NCBI GenBank assembly: GCA_963815215.1
Contig: CAWFFU010000003.1
Span: forward strand, 736,001-800,000
Length of the DNA stretch: 64,000 bases
Source: an uncultured Trueperaceae bacterium
Lineage (GTDB): Bacteria; Deinococcota; Deinococci; Deinococcales; Trueperaceae
Direction of reading: 5' to 3'
Positions 23,683 to 33,094 of the stretch are shown in pieces. The notes under the pieces were generated by a model. That model was not told where the DNA came from. It ran no database searches and worked only from the letters and a program-made list of their open reading frames with translations. Each line of letters begins with the position of its first letter. Position 1 is the first letter of the stretch. Position numbers and translations under genes: made by a program.

Positions 23683-25673
23683 GACTTTCCTCCTAGGAGA
23701 CGGAAGGGTCGGTAGGGACGACCACTCTCATCGTAGAAACCGAACTTGGTGAAGAACTCGACGTAGTGAAGTCGGAGCGGCTGGAGCGTGTCGCTGATGA
23801 TCGTCAGGGCCAGCGCGATGAAGAGGACGACGGCACCTACCAGGATGCCAAGGATGGGGCCGACGATGGGGAGCACGCCGCCGAGCGAATAGCCCAGGTC
23901 GATCGACAGGTTGGCGATCAAGGCCGAGGCCAGCCCGACAGCGAAGATTCGCAAGTAGCTCAGGATGTGCCCGCCGTTGGAGATGAGCTCGAGCACCATC
24001 AGTCCGTTCTTGGCCAGGACCGTGAACACCACGAAACCGCCCAGCAGAACCAACGTGAGCGTCACCACGACCGGATTCACGGTGTGGGTCTGGTAGGCCG
24101 TGGCGAACAGCACCACCGCCACCAGGCCCGTGAACATGCCCAGCCCTTCGTAGAGGTGCATGCTCTCGCCGTGCCGCAATGCGTAGATGATGCGGATGAG
24201 CCAGCCCCCCAGCACCTGGAGCACGCCGAACAACGTGGATACCAGCAGCAGCGGACCGAACACCTCGACACGCAACAGCAGGATGGGGATCACGCCCTCG
24301 TGATGCCCGCTGCCGTGCGCCAGCGTGTAGAACAGCGGGCGCCCGGCCGGGAAGCGTTCGAAGAGGTTCCCGAAGAACTCCCCGTAGACGAACCCGAACA
24401 GGATCGTCCAGCCCGCCAGCCAGAAGACGACGGTGCTCAACGGCCGCAGGATGCGAGCGGGGATGATGATGTGGATGGGGCCGGTATCGACGTTCTTGCC
24501 GGCCGCGCCGCGCCTTCGCAACCATAGACCGACGGCGCCGAACAGCAACCCGTAACCGATGTCGCCGACCTGCAGGCCGAAGAACAGCGGGAAGAACACC
24601 GCGAGCGTCCAGCTCGGGTCGAAGCTGCCGTACCGGGGCGGCTCGAACAGGGCCAGCAAGCCCTGGAAGGGGCGCACCCAGGCGGGGTTGTCGAACTTCA
24701 CGGGTACGCCGCGGTCGTGGTGCTCGTCGGCCGGACGGCTGGTCACACGGATCTGCTCGGCGAACTGCTTGCGCAGCGCCTCCACCACCCGGCCGGCGTC
24801 CACGGCGGGCACCCAGCCCGAGAGGGCGAAGCCGTAGCGCCCCTCGAGCAGGTCCTGGAACCGCTCGTAGCGCGCCTGGTGGTTGTGCGCCACCTGAGCG
24901 ATCGACCGCAGGCGGCGACCGTGCTGACCCGCGAGCTTGGCGAGTTCCTCATGGATCGACGCGATGCGCTTGGGGAGCGTCTGCGACCGCTCCTCCATCA
25001 CATGCGCCGCCTTGGCGATGCCGAGGTCGTGGTAGCGCTCCGGCAGGGCGATCTCTGAGTGGCCCAGGCGGGTGAAGGTCGTGCGGAGGCGTGCCAGGTC
25101 GCGCGCCAGCGCAGCGGCCACCACCAGGCGGTCGGCTCCGTGACGTTGCCAGGCGAGCGCGTAGCCGCCGTCGAGCTCCTCGTCGAGTGCCTCTTCCAGG
25201 GCCGGGTAGTCCGCGTCGGCAACGAGGAAGGCGGCTCCGGCGAGGTAGCTGGACTCCTCGAGCTGCGCCATCATCGGCGCGAGCTGGCGGAACACGGCGA
25301 GGTACGCCTGGGTCAGCTCGAGCTCGTCGCGGGCGTCGGCACGCTCGGCGACCAGCCGGTCGATCTGGTCCCCGACCGGCGCCAGCTCCTTCTGGAGCGC
25401 ATCCGGATCGGCGGCCCCTTCGCCGCGCGCCACGGGGCCTTCGTCCCGTACCTCGAGGGCGTCCAGCAGGGCCCCGGAACGCGAGACGAGGAAGTCCCAC
25501 AGCTCCTTGTGGCGCAGGTCGTCCCCCTCGAGCTTGACGGGACGGAGGGCGTCCTCCTCCCCAGGCGCGAGCGGGACGACCTGAACCACGCCCAGACTCT
25601 GAAGACTGACGAGCACGTCCTTGGCAGCCGAGCGCCGCCCGACGACCAGGAGCTGCTCCATCTTGGCGATCAT
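23679..25673 (-). CDS. atpI: V/A-type ATP synthase subunit I (a)
   Basis: PPRYGSFDP, GDIGYG, YGEFFGN, HILSYLRIFAVG, QPLRLHYVEFFTKF. Confidence 0.95.
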   Translation of the reverse strand: MIAKMEQLLVVGRRSAAKDVLVSLQSLGVVQVVPLAPGEEDALRPVKLEGDDLRHKELWDFLVSRSGALLDALEVRDEGPVARGEGAADPDALQKELAPVGDQIDRLVAERADARDELELTQAYLAVFRQLAPMMAQLEESSYLAGAAFLVADADYPALEEALDEELDGGYALAWQRHGADRLVVAAALARDLARLRTTFTRLGHSEIALPERYHDLGIAKAAHVMEERSQTLPKRIASIHEELAKLAGQHGRRLRSIAQVAHNHQARYERFQDLLEGRYGFALSGWVPAVDAGRVVEALRKQFAEQIRVTSRPADEHHDRGVPVKFDNPAWVRPFQGLLALFEPPRYGSFDPSWTLAVFFPLFFGLQVGDIGYGLLFGAVGLWLRRRGAAGKNVDTGPIHIIIPARILRPLSTVVFWLAGWTILFGFVYGEFFGNLFERFPAGRPLFYTLAHGSGHHEGVIPILLLRVEVFGPLLLVSTLFGVLQVLGGWLIRIIYALRHGESMHLYEGLGMFTGLVAVVLFATAYQTHTVNPVVVTLTLVLLGGFVVFTVLAKNGLMVLELISNGGHILSYLRIFAVGLASALIANLSIDLGYSLGGVLPIVGPILGILVGAVVLFIALALTIISDTLQPLRLHYVEFFTKFGFYDESGRPYRPFRLLGGKS

Positions 25674-25990
25674 GGCAAGACCCGCTCCATCACCAGCGCG
25701 ACCGCCTCGTCCTTGCCGGCACGCGCCTGCGCCTCGAGCCTGGCCGCGGTCTCCTGCGCCGAGTGGACGATGTCCTCCCGCGCGGTTTCCGCCTCCTTGG
25801 CGCCCCGGTCGGCTTCCTGCTTGGCGAGAGTCTCGGCCTTCCCTCGTGCGCCCTCGAGGATGCGACGCGCTTCCTCCTGGGCCTCGGAAACGATCTCCGA
25901 AGCCTGCTTGCGCGCCTCCTCGACCTTGGCGACCAGGCTCTTCTCCTGGGTCACGAGGTCCTGCAGGAGTCGTTCACCCTGAGCTTCCAA
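25670..25990 (-). CDS. atpG: V/A-type ATP synthase subunit G (H)
   Basis: TTG 25990 with GGAAGGAGG SD. Coiled coil ending VMERVLP. First gene of the operon. Confidence 0.82.
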   Translation of the reverse strand: MEAQGERLLQDLVTQEKSLVAKVEEARKQASEIVSEAQEEARRILEGARGKAETLAKQEADRGAKEAETAREDIVHSAQETAARLEAQARAGKDEAVALVMERVLP

Positions 25991-26068
25991 CCAGCCCTCC
26001 TTCCGCCCCGCGTCACCGCGGGTTACGACAGGCTGTCGTGAATGGATCCGGATCGCTACGTGAGGCAC

Positions 26069-26090
26069 AAAAAACCGCGTCGAACGCGGT
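26069..26090 (-). terminator. Intrinsic-terminator-like hairpin in the V-ATPase upstream region
   Basis: Minus strand ACCGCGT-TCG-ACGCGG followed by TTTTTT. Confidence 0.6.
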
Positions 26091-26119
26091 ACATTCTACC
26101 CCTTTGGCGTTTCCGCCCA

Positions 26120-26149
26120 ACCATAACAACCGCCAAGATTGCGTGTCAA
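26120..26149 (-). promoter_or_regulatory. Sigma-A-like promoter upstream of the V-ATPase operon
   Basis: Minus strand TTGACA (26149-26144), 18-nt spacer ending TGT, TATGGT (26125-26120). A second -10, TAGAAT, lies at 26098-26093. Confidence 0.65.
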
Positions 26150-26217
26150 TCGGGACACAACTCACCCGCAGCCCCCTCGGCACCCGCCACCGGGCGGAAG
26201 CTCGGGTAGACTCCGGC

Positions 26218-27957
26218 GTGAGCCGGGACCCCTCCTACGGATCACCGAACGGACCGAAGTCCGTCGGCGCATACTATACCCCGCCTCCTGTGGCTCGAGC
26301 GCTCAGCGACTGGGCGTTGCGGCGGTGCGGCGAGCGCGCGCTCGACCCCGCCGCAGGTGACGGTGTCTTCCTCGTCGAGGCGGCGCGGCGCGCGCGCCAG
26401 CTCGGCGGTTGCGCCGGTGACGTGACCGGCATCGAGATGCGCGCTGAGGCCGCTCGGGAAGCCGCGGATCGCCTTCGGAGCGTCGGCGGCGAGGACGCCC
26501 ACATCTACGTGGACGACTTCCTCGCCCTGGTGCCGGAGCACTGGCCTGCGTTCGACGCGGTGCTCGGCAACCCGCCGTTCGTTCGTTTCCAGCGCATGGA
26601 GCGCGCCCGGCGCGAGCGCGCCAGCGCCGTGGCGGCCCTGGCCGGGGTCCGCCTGGACAGCATGGCTTCGAGCTGGGCCGCGTTCGTCCTCCACGCCGGC
26701 GGCTTCTTGCGCCCCGGCGGACGTCTGGCGCTGGTCCTTCCCAGCGAGGTCGGGCACGCGCGCTACGCGCGGCCGGTGCTCGAGCATCTGCGCACTCACT
26801 TCGCTGCGGTCACCTTCGTGCTCTTCGAGTCGGCCCTCTTCCCCGCCCTGGATCAGGGCACGGTGCTGCTGCTGGCCGACGGCCGCGGCGAGCCGTTCCG
26901 AGGCTTCAGCGTCGCCCGCCTCAGCTCGATGGACGCTCTCGCTCAGGGGCTGGACAGCATGCCCCGCCTGCCCCTCGACGCCGATGCCATGGTCCGGGGC
27001 GGCGCGCGGCTCCACCACGCCTGGCTGCCGCCGGCCACCCACGGCCTGCTGGAGGGTCTCACCGGCGAAGCCGGCTACGCGCGCCTGGGGGACTGGGCGA
27101 GCGTGAGCATCGGCTACGTCACGGGACACAACGACTACTTCCACCTTTCGCCGGCGCGGGCCGAGTCGCTGGGGCTGCCCCCCGACCAGCTGCGCCGGTC
27201 GCTCTTCCGCAGCCGCGCGTTGCGGGGCCTGCGGGTGACCGACGACGACTGGCGTTACGGCGCCGAGCACGGCTTGAGCGGCTACCTGCTGACGCCCACG
27301 AGTCCAGACGACCGCGCCGTGGCCCGCTATCTCGACGCCGGCGTCGAGCGCGGCGTGCCGGCGCGCGCCAAAGTGCGCCGGCGCCGACCCTGGTTCCGGG
27401 TGACCCGGACCGAGCCGCCGGACCTCGCCCTCACTGCCATGAGCGGGGGCGCGCCGCGGCTGGCGGTCAACGACGCCGGCGCCGCGGTATGCAATACCCT
27501 GCACGCCGTCCGACTCCGGCCGGGCGTGCCGGCCGGCACGTCCGTGTTGCTGGCGCTGGCGGCGCTCACATCGCTGACCGAGCTCAGCGCCGAGCTCGAG
27601 GGACATGCGTTGGGGGGAGGTTTGCTCAAGCTCGAGCCCTCCGAGGCCCTGCGGCTGGCGCTCCCGCTGCCCGTTGCCGGCGACGAGGGCGCGCCACCTG
27701 GGATCGACCGGCGTTTGATCGCCGCGGCCGCTGCCGCGGACCGGGCGCTTCGCGCCGGCGACGGCGCCGAGGCGCGGTGCATCGCCGACGGCGCGCTCCT
27801 GCTCGGACGTTGGGGGCTTGCACAAGGCGATCGAGCGGCGCTGGTAGGGGCCGCCGAGCGCCTGCGCGCGTTGCGGCGGGGGTCCAGAGGCCGGCCTCCG
27901 GCCGCTCCGACGGACCCGCCAACGGCCGGGCCTGCGGACCGCCAGGGCCCGCCCTAG
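26218..27957 (+). CDS. N6-adenine DNA methyltransferase (gamma class), no adjacent endonuclease
   Basis: GAYYTPP, motif I LDPAAGDGVFL precedes motif IV VLGNPPF, LALVLP, C-terminal GGGLLKLEPSEA. GTG is 5 nt after TAGACT. Confidence 0.85.
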   Translation: MSRDPSYGSPNGPKSVGAYYTPPPVARALSDWALRRCGERALDPAAGDGVFLVEAARRARQLGGCAGDVTGIEMRAEAAREAADRLRSVGGEDAHIYVDDFLALVPEHWPAFDAVLGNPPFVRFQRMERARRERASAVAALAGVRLDSMASSWAAFVLHAGGFLRPGGRLALVLPSEVGHARYARPVLEHLRTHFAAVTFVLFESALFPALDQGTVLLLADGRGEPFRGFSVARLSSMDALAQGLDSMPRLPLDADAMVRGGARLHHAWLPPATHGLLEGLTGEAGYARLGDWASVSIGYVTGHNDYFHLSPARAESLGLPPDQLRRSLFRSRALRGLRVTDDDWRYGAEHGLSGYLLTPTSPDDRAVARYLDAGVERGVPARAKVRRRRPWFRVTRTEPPDLALTAMSGGAPRLAVNDAGAAVCNTLHAVRLRPGVPAGTSVLLALAALTSLTELSAELEGHALGGGLLKLEPSEALRLALPLPVAGDEGAPPGIDRRLIAAAAAADRALRAGDGAEARCIADGALLLGRWGLAQGDRAALVGAAERLRALRRGSRGRPPAAPTDPPTAGPADRQGPP

Positions 27958-29795
27958 TGGCGGCGCTTGCCGCGCGTACGGCGCGCGGGAACACGCGTGC
28001 GCCGCTCCGCCTCGCGTGCCGAAAGCATGGCCTGGATCTGCTGCAGCTCCGCGTAGAGATCGGGGAGACGCTCGCTGCTGGTCCCTGGGGCCTCCAACAG
28101 TCGGCCGAGTTCCTCACGACGCTCCAGCAGGCGTGTCCGCGAGGTCTCCTTCTGGCTCTCCAGATGGAGCTCGCGGAGCCTCGACAGGGCCTGTCGTAGC
28201 GCCGCGTCGAGATCGAGACGCGCTTCGGCATCGCGTGACAGGGCCAGCACTCGCTCGAACACCAGCGCGCCCTCCTCGCGCTCGCGGTAGGCCAACAACA
28301 CGCGCTCGGCATCGCCCCGGTACTCGACCGTCAGCGCCTCGAGGTGGCGAAGGGCGGAGTCCTCGAGCTCGCTCGGCAGAGCAGCCAGGGCCGCCTCGAG
28401 ACGCTCGCGCAGGGCCCCTCCTCGGCTCAGAAGCAGCGCCACGACCTCGACCTCGAGGGCGCGCACCTGCGACACCTCGACGTGCCTGCGCCGCATCCCG
28501 CGGACCTGGGTCGCCGACAGCGGACGCTGATGCCGCTGGTTCGCCTGGATCCAGGCGTCCAACCGACCCTCGTCCATGCCCAGGTGATCGATCACCAGGC
28601 GCCGCATCTCGGTGGCGACCGGGTCGAACACGTCGCGCGGCACCAGCACCGGGGCGAGCTCCTCCAGGATGGAGCGCTGCCCCTCGAGGGCGTTCGCGTC
28701 GAAGCGTTCCAGCACTCTGCGGAAGCGGAACTCCACCTCCGACAGACCGGTCCCGAGCGCTGCTCGGAAGGCGTCCGCGTGACCCCCGAGCACGGCGTCC
28801 GCCGGGTCCTTTCCGTGCGGCACCTGCACCGCCCTCACCAGCAGGCGGCGCCCCACGGCCTGATCGAGCCCGGACAGCACGGCACGCTGCCCCGCCTCGT
28901 CGGCGTCGAACGCCAGGTACACGCGCTTGGCATCGAGTCGCGCCAGTTGCTCGGCCTGTCGCTCCGTGAGCGCCGCTCCCAACGCGGCGACGGCGTTCTC
29001 GAAGCCGGTCTGGTGCAGCGCGATGACATCCATGTAGCCCTCGACCACGATGGTCTCACCGCTCTTACGGATGGCGGGGCGCGCACGGTCGAGCCCGTAG
29101 AGCAGCTCCGCCTTCCGGAACAACTCGGTCTCCGGGGTGTTCAGGTACTTCGGGAGGGCGTCGTCGAGCACCCGCCCCGCGAAGCCGACCACGCGCCCCA
29201 TGCCGTCCTTGATGGGGAACATGACGCGGTTGCGGAAGCGGTCGTAGCGCCGGCCGCGCTCGTTCTCGCTCAGCAGGCCCACCGCCATCAGGTCCTCGTC
29301 GCGCACACCCTTGGTGAGGGCATGGCGCAGCAACCCGTCCCAGCCGTCCGGCGCGAACCCCAGCTCGAACGTCTCGATGCTCCCGTCGGTCAGCCCTCGA
29401 CCCCGAAGGTAGGACAGGGCGTTCCCCTCCAGTTGCGCCCTGAAGTACGCCAGCGCCAGCGCGTTGACGTCGAACAGGTCGCGTCGACGGCCGTCCTTCG
29501 GCGTCGGACGGCCCACCTCGACGCCGGCGCGTTCGCCCAGCATCCGCAGGGCCTCGCCGAACTCGACGCCCTGGGTCTGCATCACGAAGTCGAAGACGTC
29601 CCCCTTGGCGTGGCAACCGAAGCAGTAGTAGAAGCCTCGATCCACGTGGACGTGGAAGGACGGCGTCTTCTCGCTGTGGAACGGGCACAGCCCCTTCATC
29701 TGCCCCCGGCCGGCCGGCTTCAGCGCCACCAGCTCGCCGATCACGTCCGCGATGTCGAGCCGCTCGCGGATCAGCTCCTTGGGTTCAGGGGGCAT
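27954..29795 (-). CDS. dnaG: DNA primase
   Basis: Zn finger CPFH..EKTPSF..CFGC, DRFRNRVMFPI, KYLNTPET, VEGYMDV, FDADEAG. Confidence 0.97.
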   Translation of the reverse strand: MPPEPKELIRERLDIADVIGELVALKPAGRGQMKGLCPFHSEKTPSFHVHVDRGFYYCFGCHAKGDVFDFVMQTQGVEFGEALRMLGERAGVEVGRPTPKDGRRRDLFDVNALALAYFRAQLEGNALSYLRGRGLTDGSIETFELGFAPDGWDGLLRHALTKGVRDEDLMAVGLLSENERGRRYDRFRNRVMFPIKDGMGRVVGFAGRVLDDALPKYLNTPETELFRKAELLYGLDRARPAIRKSGETIVVEGYMDVIALHQTGFENAVAALGAALTERQAEQLARLDAKRVYLAFDADEAGQRAVLSGLDQAVGRRLLVRAVQVPHGKDPADAVLGGHADAFRAALGTGLSEVEFRFRRVLERFDANALEGQRSILEELAPVLVPRDVFDPVATEMRRLVIDHLGMDEGRLDAWIQANQRHQRPLSATQVRGMRRRHVEVSQVRALEVEVVALLLSRGGALRERLEAALAALPSELEDSALRHLEALTVEYRGDAERVLLAYREREEGALVFERVLALSRDAEARLDLDAALRQALSRLRELHLESQKETSRTRLLERREELGRLLEAPGTSSERLPDLYAELQQIQAMLSAREAERRTRVPARRTRGKRRH

Positions 29796-29916
29796 GGCGT
29801 CCGACCTTCCGGGGATACGTTGCGCTCGCCGTTCGAGGCCACCATATCACGTCGCACCGGACGGCGGATCTGCCGTCTGGGTCGGGCCTCCGCTAGCGAT
29901 ACCGGCACCGCGCCGG

Positions 29917-30459
29917 CTAGGCGTCCGGCCGTGCCGGATACAGCGGCAGGTGGCCCAGCGCCACCACGTCGGCCCGCTCGCTCCCCTCCGTGAACACCGC
30001 CAGGGTCGCCACCACCTCGGCGCCCACCTCGGTCAGGAGGTCGCGCAGCCCCTGCAAGGTACCGCCGGTGCTGACGACGTCGTCAACGATGGCCACGCGC
30101 CTGGAGCGCAGGCGCTCGATGTCGGCGCCGTCGATCACCAGCTCCTGTGGCTTGCCGGTGGTGATGCTGGTGACCGTCCGCTTGACCGCGCCGACCATGT
30201 AGGGCTTCTCCGTCTTCCGGGCGACCACATAGGGGATGCCCGTCCGCACGCTGATGGCGTGGGCCAGCGGAACGGCCTTGACCTCGGGCGTCACCAGCGT
30301 CTCCACCTCGGGCGGGATGCGCTTGGCCAGCTCCGCGGCCGCCGCCTCCGTCAGCGTCGTGTCGCCCAGCAGGTTCAGCAAGGCTACGGACACCGCTCCG
30401 ACGTTGACAACCTGGAGATCGCGTTGCTGATCTCCGATGCGAATCCGATACGTCTGCAT
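29917..30459 (-). CDS. apt: Adenine phosphoribosyltransferase (Thermus-type)
   Basis: PRPP motif [36 protein letters not shown] resemble Thermus APRT as I recall it. Confidence 0.8.
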   Translation of the reverse strand: MQTYRIRIGDQQRDLQVVNVGAVSVALLNLLGDTTLTEAAAAELAKRIPPEVETLVTPEVKAVPLAHAISVRTGIPYVVARKTEKPYMVGAVKRTVTSITTGKPQELVIDGADIERLRSRRVAIVDDVVSTGGTLQGLRDLLTEVGAEVVATLAVFTEGSERADVVALGHLPLYPARPDA

Positions 30460-30470
30460 GCGCTAACCTC

Positions 30471-30526
30471 CGGCACCTGCGCCGCCCTGGACGGCACCCT
30501 GCCGCTCGAGAGCGGCACCCTGCCGT
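30471..30526. repeat. Three CGGCACC(C)TGC units at 21-bp spacing in the apt leader
   Basis: Units start at 30471, 30492 and 30513. The last two are the identical 13-mer CGGCACCCTGCCG. Confidence 0.8.
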
Positions 30527-30578
30527 GGCCGGGACTCCGCCGCGACGCCAGCCCCAAGCGTACCGCAGCTCCGCCGCC

Positions 30579-31297
30579 TCAGGCGAACACGATGGTCTTG
30601 TTTCCCTGGACCAGGATGCGGTCCTCGAGGTGGAGCGTCACCGCGCGCGCCAGCACCGTCCGCTCGATCTCACGGCCGAGCCGCTGCAGATCGGGCACCG
30701 ACTGCCGGTGGGTCACCCGCACAACGTCCTGCTCGATGATCGGTCCTTCGTCGAGCTCGTCGGTGACGTAGTGGGCGGTGGCGCCGATGAGCTTCACGCC
30801 GCGCTCGTAGGCCCGATGGTAGGGCCTCCCCCCGCTGAACGACGGGAGGAACGAGTGATGGATGTTGATGATCCGTTCCCGGTAACGCGCCACGAATGCC
30901 GGGCCGAGGACCTGCATGTAGCGCGCCAACACGATGACGTCGACCGTACCGGCCAGGAGCTCGAGCACGCGCTCCTCCTGCGACCGGTTGTCGCCGTCGA
31001 CGATGGGCAGGTGGTGGAAGGGCACGCCGAAGGGCTCCACCACGGGGCGCAGGCGTTCGTGGTTCGACACCACCAGGGCGATGTCGTCCTCGAAATCGCC
31101 GGCGCGTCGCCGCCACAGCAGCTCCAGCAGGCAGTGGTCGACGTTCGACACCAGCACCGCGATGCGCTTGGGCCGGCGCGCGTCCGCCAAACGCCAGCGC
31201 ATGTCGAAGGGTTCCGCCACCGTGCGCGCGAACGCTCCGCGCAACGAAGCAGGCGGGCCCGCACGGCCGTCTCGGTCGGGCCGCCCGGAGCGGACAT
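30579..31297 (-). pseudogene. purU: Formyltetrahydrofolate deformylase with ACT domain deleted and frameshifted; catalytic domain intact
   Basis: LARYMQVL, INIHHSFLP, GVKLIGATAHYVT, GPIIEQDV in frame 30579-31244. The N-terminal MSAPGGPTETAVRARLL (ATG 31297) is in another frame. No ACT core. Confidence 0.72.
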
Positions 31298-31363
31298 TCG
31301 CACGTCCATGGCGCACACGCTGGCACCGCTGCGCCGGGCCGCGTGCGCCGTAGCATGACGGAC

Positions 31364-33049
31364 ATGACGGCCCCCGCGTCCCTACGCTCGCTGCTCCGCC
31401 CGGTCGCGCGGCTGGCCCTGCCCGTCATCGCCACGAATCTTCTGCAGACGCTCGTCAACGTCGTCGACGTGTTCATGGCGGGCCGTCTCGGCGCCATCCC
31501 GGTCGCCGCCGTTGGCTTCGCCAGCAGCGTCGCCCTGCTCGTCACCCTCGTCGCGCAGATGGTGACCGCGGGCGGAATGGCGCTCGCCGCTCAGGCCCGG
31601 GGCGCGAACGACGACGACGAGCTGGCGGAGATCGCCCGCCAGACCCTCCTGCTGGGGGTGCTCGCGGCCGTGGCGATCGGTGCGCTGGGTTGGTTCGCCG
31701 CCCACCCGCTGCTGGCGTTCATGAACTCGTCGGGCGACCCCCAGGCTGTGACGCTCGGCGTCGGCTACCTGCGGATCCTGTTCCTCGGCACGGCCGCGCT
31801 GTTCGTGAACCTCGGCCTGGCCAGCCTGTGGCAGGGAGCCGGCGACACCCTGACGCCGCTGCTGCTCGGCGGCGGCGTCAACCTCCTCAACGCGGTCTTC
31901 GACTACCTGTTCATGTTCGGGCCGGGACCGCTGCCCGCCCTCGGCGTGCCCGGCGCGGGCCTGGGAACGGTGGCGGCCTGGTCGATCGGCGCGGCGATCG
32001 GGCTCGTCCTGTTCCTTCGGGGTCGCACCGTGCTGCGGCGCGGGCGCGGCCCGTTGCGCCCCGACGTGCAGCGTTTCGGCACCATCCTCGCCATCGGCAT
32101 GCCGGCGGGCCTGCAGGGCCTCGCGTACGCCCTGTCCCGACTCGTGCTGTTGCGGGTGGTGACCTCCACGCCGGCCGGCACCCTGGGGGCGGCAGCCCTG
32201 GCGATCGGCATCCAGATCGAATCGCTTGCGTACATGCCGGGCGTCGCCCTGAGCGTGGCGGCCACCAGCCTGGTGGGCCGCGCTCTGGGTGCCTGGCAGG
32301 TCGCCCAGGCGTGGCGGCGCGCCCACGCCGCGCTGTTCGTGGGGCTGGTCGTGATGTCGTCGGTGGGCCTGGTGCTGCTGCTCGGGGCGCCACTGTGGAT
32401 CGAGCTGTTCGAGCCCAGCGGCAACGCCGTGGTGGTGCGCGCCGGCATCAGCTACCTGCGCATCAACGCGCTGGCCCAGCCGGTGCTGGCGGTGTTCATG
32501 GTCCTCTCGGGGGCATTGAGGGGCGCCGGCGACACCAGGCCCGCTCTGTGGGGCACCTTCGCAGGGCGCTGGCTGGTCACGCTGCCGGTGGCGTGGGTGC
32601 TGGCGCTGCGCACGCCCCTCGGCGTCGACGGCGCGTGGTGGGCGATGGCCGCCGGGACGCTGGTGCAGGCGGCGTGGGTCGCGCAGCGCTGGTTCGCCGG
32701 CGCCTGGCCGGAGGTCGCGCTGTCCCGTCAGCCCCTGTTCCGTCGCCACCTCGCCGTCCTGGCTCGCGAGCCACGCGAGCGCTTCCTGGAGGGCGTGCGA
32801 CGCCCTCTGCTCGCGGTCCCCGGCAGCCGCGAGGTCGTCGATCCCGACGGCGCGACCTATCTGCTCCCCGGCCGCACCCGGGTCCAGGTCTCCTTCCGAC
32901 CCGGACCCCACATCCTCGAGGGCCTCGATACCCTTCAGCACGTCACCGGGCGCGACTTCACGGGGGATGTGGACCACGGCTCCGCGGGCGTCCCGCCAGG
33001 GCGTGCCGGCGTTCCCGGGAGCGGCTCGCCGGAGCGCCCGCCACCGTAA
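31364..33049 (+). CDS. MATE family efflux transporter with C-terminal extension
   Basis: LALPVIATNLLQ..VDVFMAGRLG, QGAGDT..P, SLVGRALGA, LRGAGDT. ATG 31364 is 7 nt after TAGCAT; alternative start 31355. Confidence 0.9.
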   Translation: MTAPASLRSLLRPVARLALPVIATNLLQTLVNVVDVFMAGRLGAIPVAAVGFASSVALLVTLVAQMVTAGGMALAAQARGANDDDELAEIARQTLLLGVLAAVAIGALGWFAAHPLLAFMNSSGDPQAVTLGVGYLRILFLGTAALFVNLGLASLWQGAGDTLTPLLLGGGVNLLNAVFDYLFMFGPGPLPALGVPGAGLGTVAAWSIGAAIGLVLFLRGRTVLRRGRGPLRPDVQRFGTILAIGMPAGLQGLAYALSRLVLLRVVTSTPAGTLGAAALAIGIQIESLAYMPGVALSVAATSLVGRALGAWQVAQAWRRAHAALFVGLVVMSSVGLVLLLGAPLWIELFEPSGNAVVVRAGISYLRINALAQPVLAVFMVLSGALRGAGDTRPALWGTFAGRWLVTLPVAWVLALRTPLGVDGAWWAMAAGTLVQAAWVAQRWFAGAWPEVALSRQPLFRRHLAVLAREPRERFLEGVRRPLLAVPGSREVVDPDGATYLLPGRTRVQVSFRPGPHILEGLDTLQHVTGRDFTGDVDHGSAGVPPGRAGVPGSGSPERPPP

Positions 33050-33094
33050 GGTTCCGCATGTTGGGCCCACGGGAGCGCATGCTAGTGTGTTCGC

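Noticed and set aside
25621..26217. Long N-terminal extensions in the ORF track (MTase, aapJ, sdrP-like gene, yggS, sufU, galM)
   Set aside because: They overlap neighbouring genes. Downstream starts with an SD or -10 box fit family lengths better.
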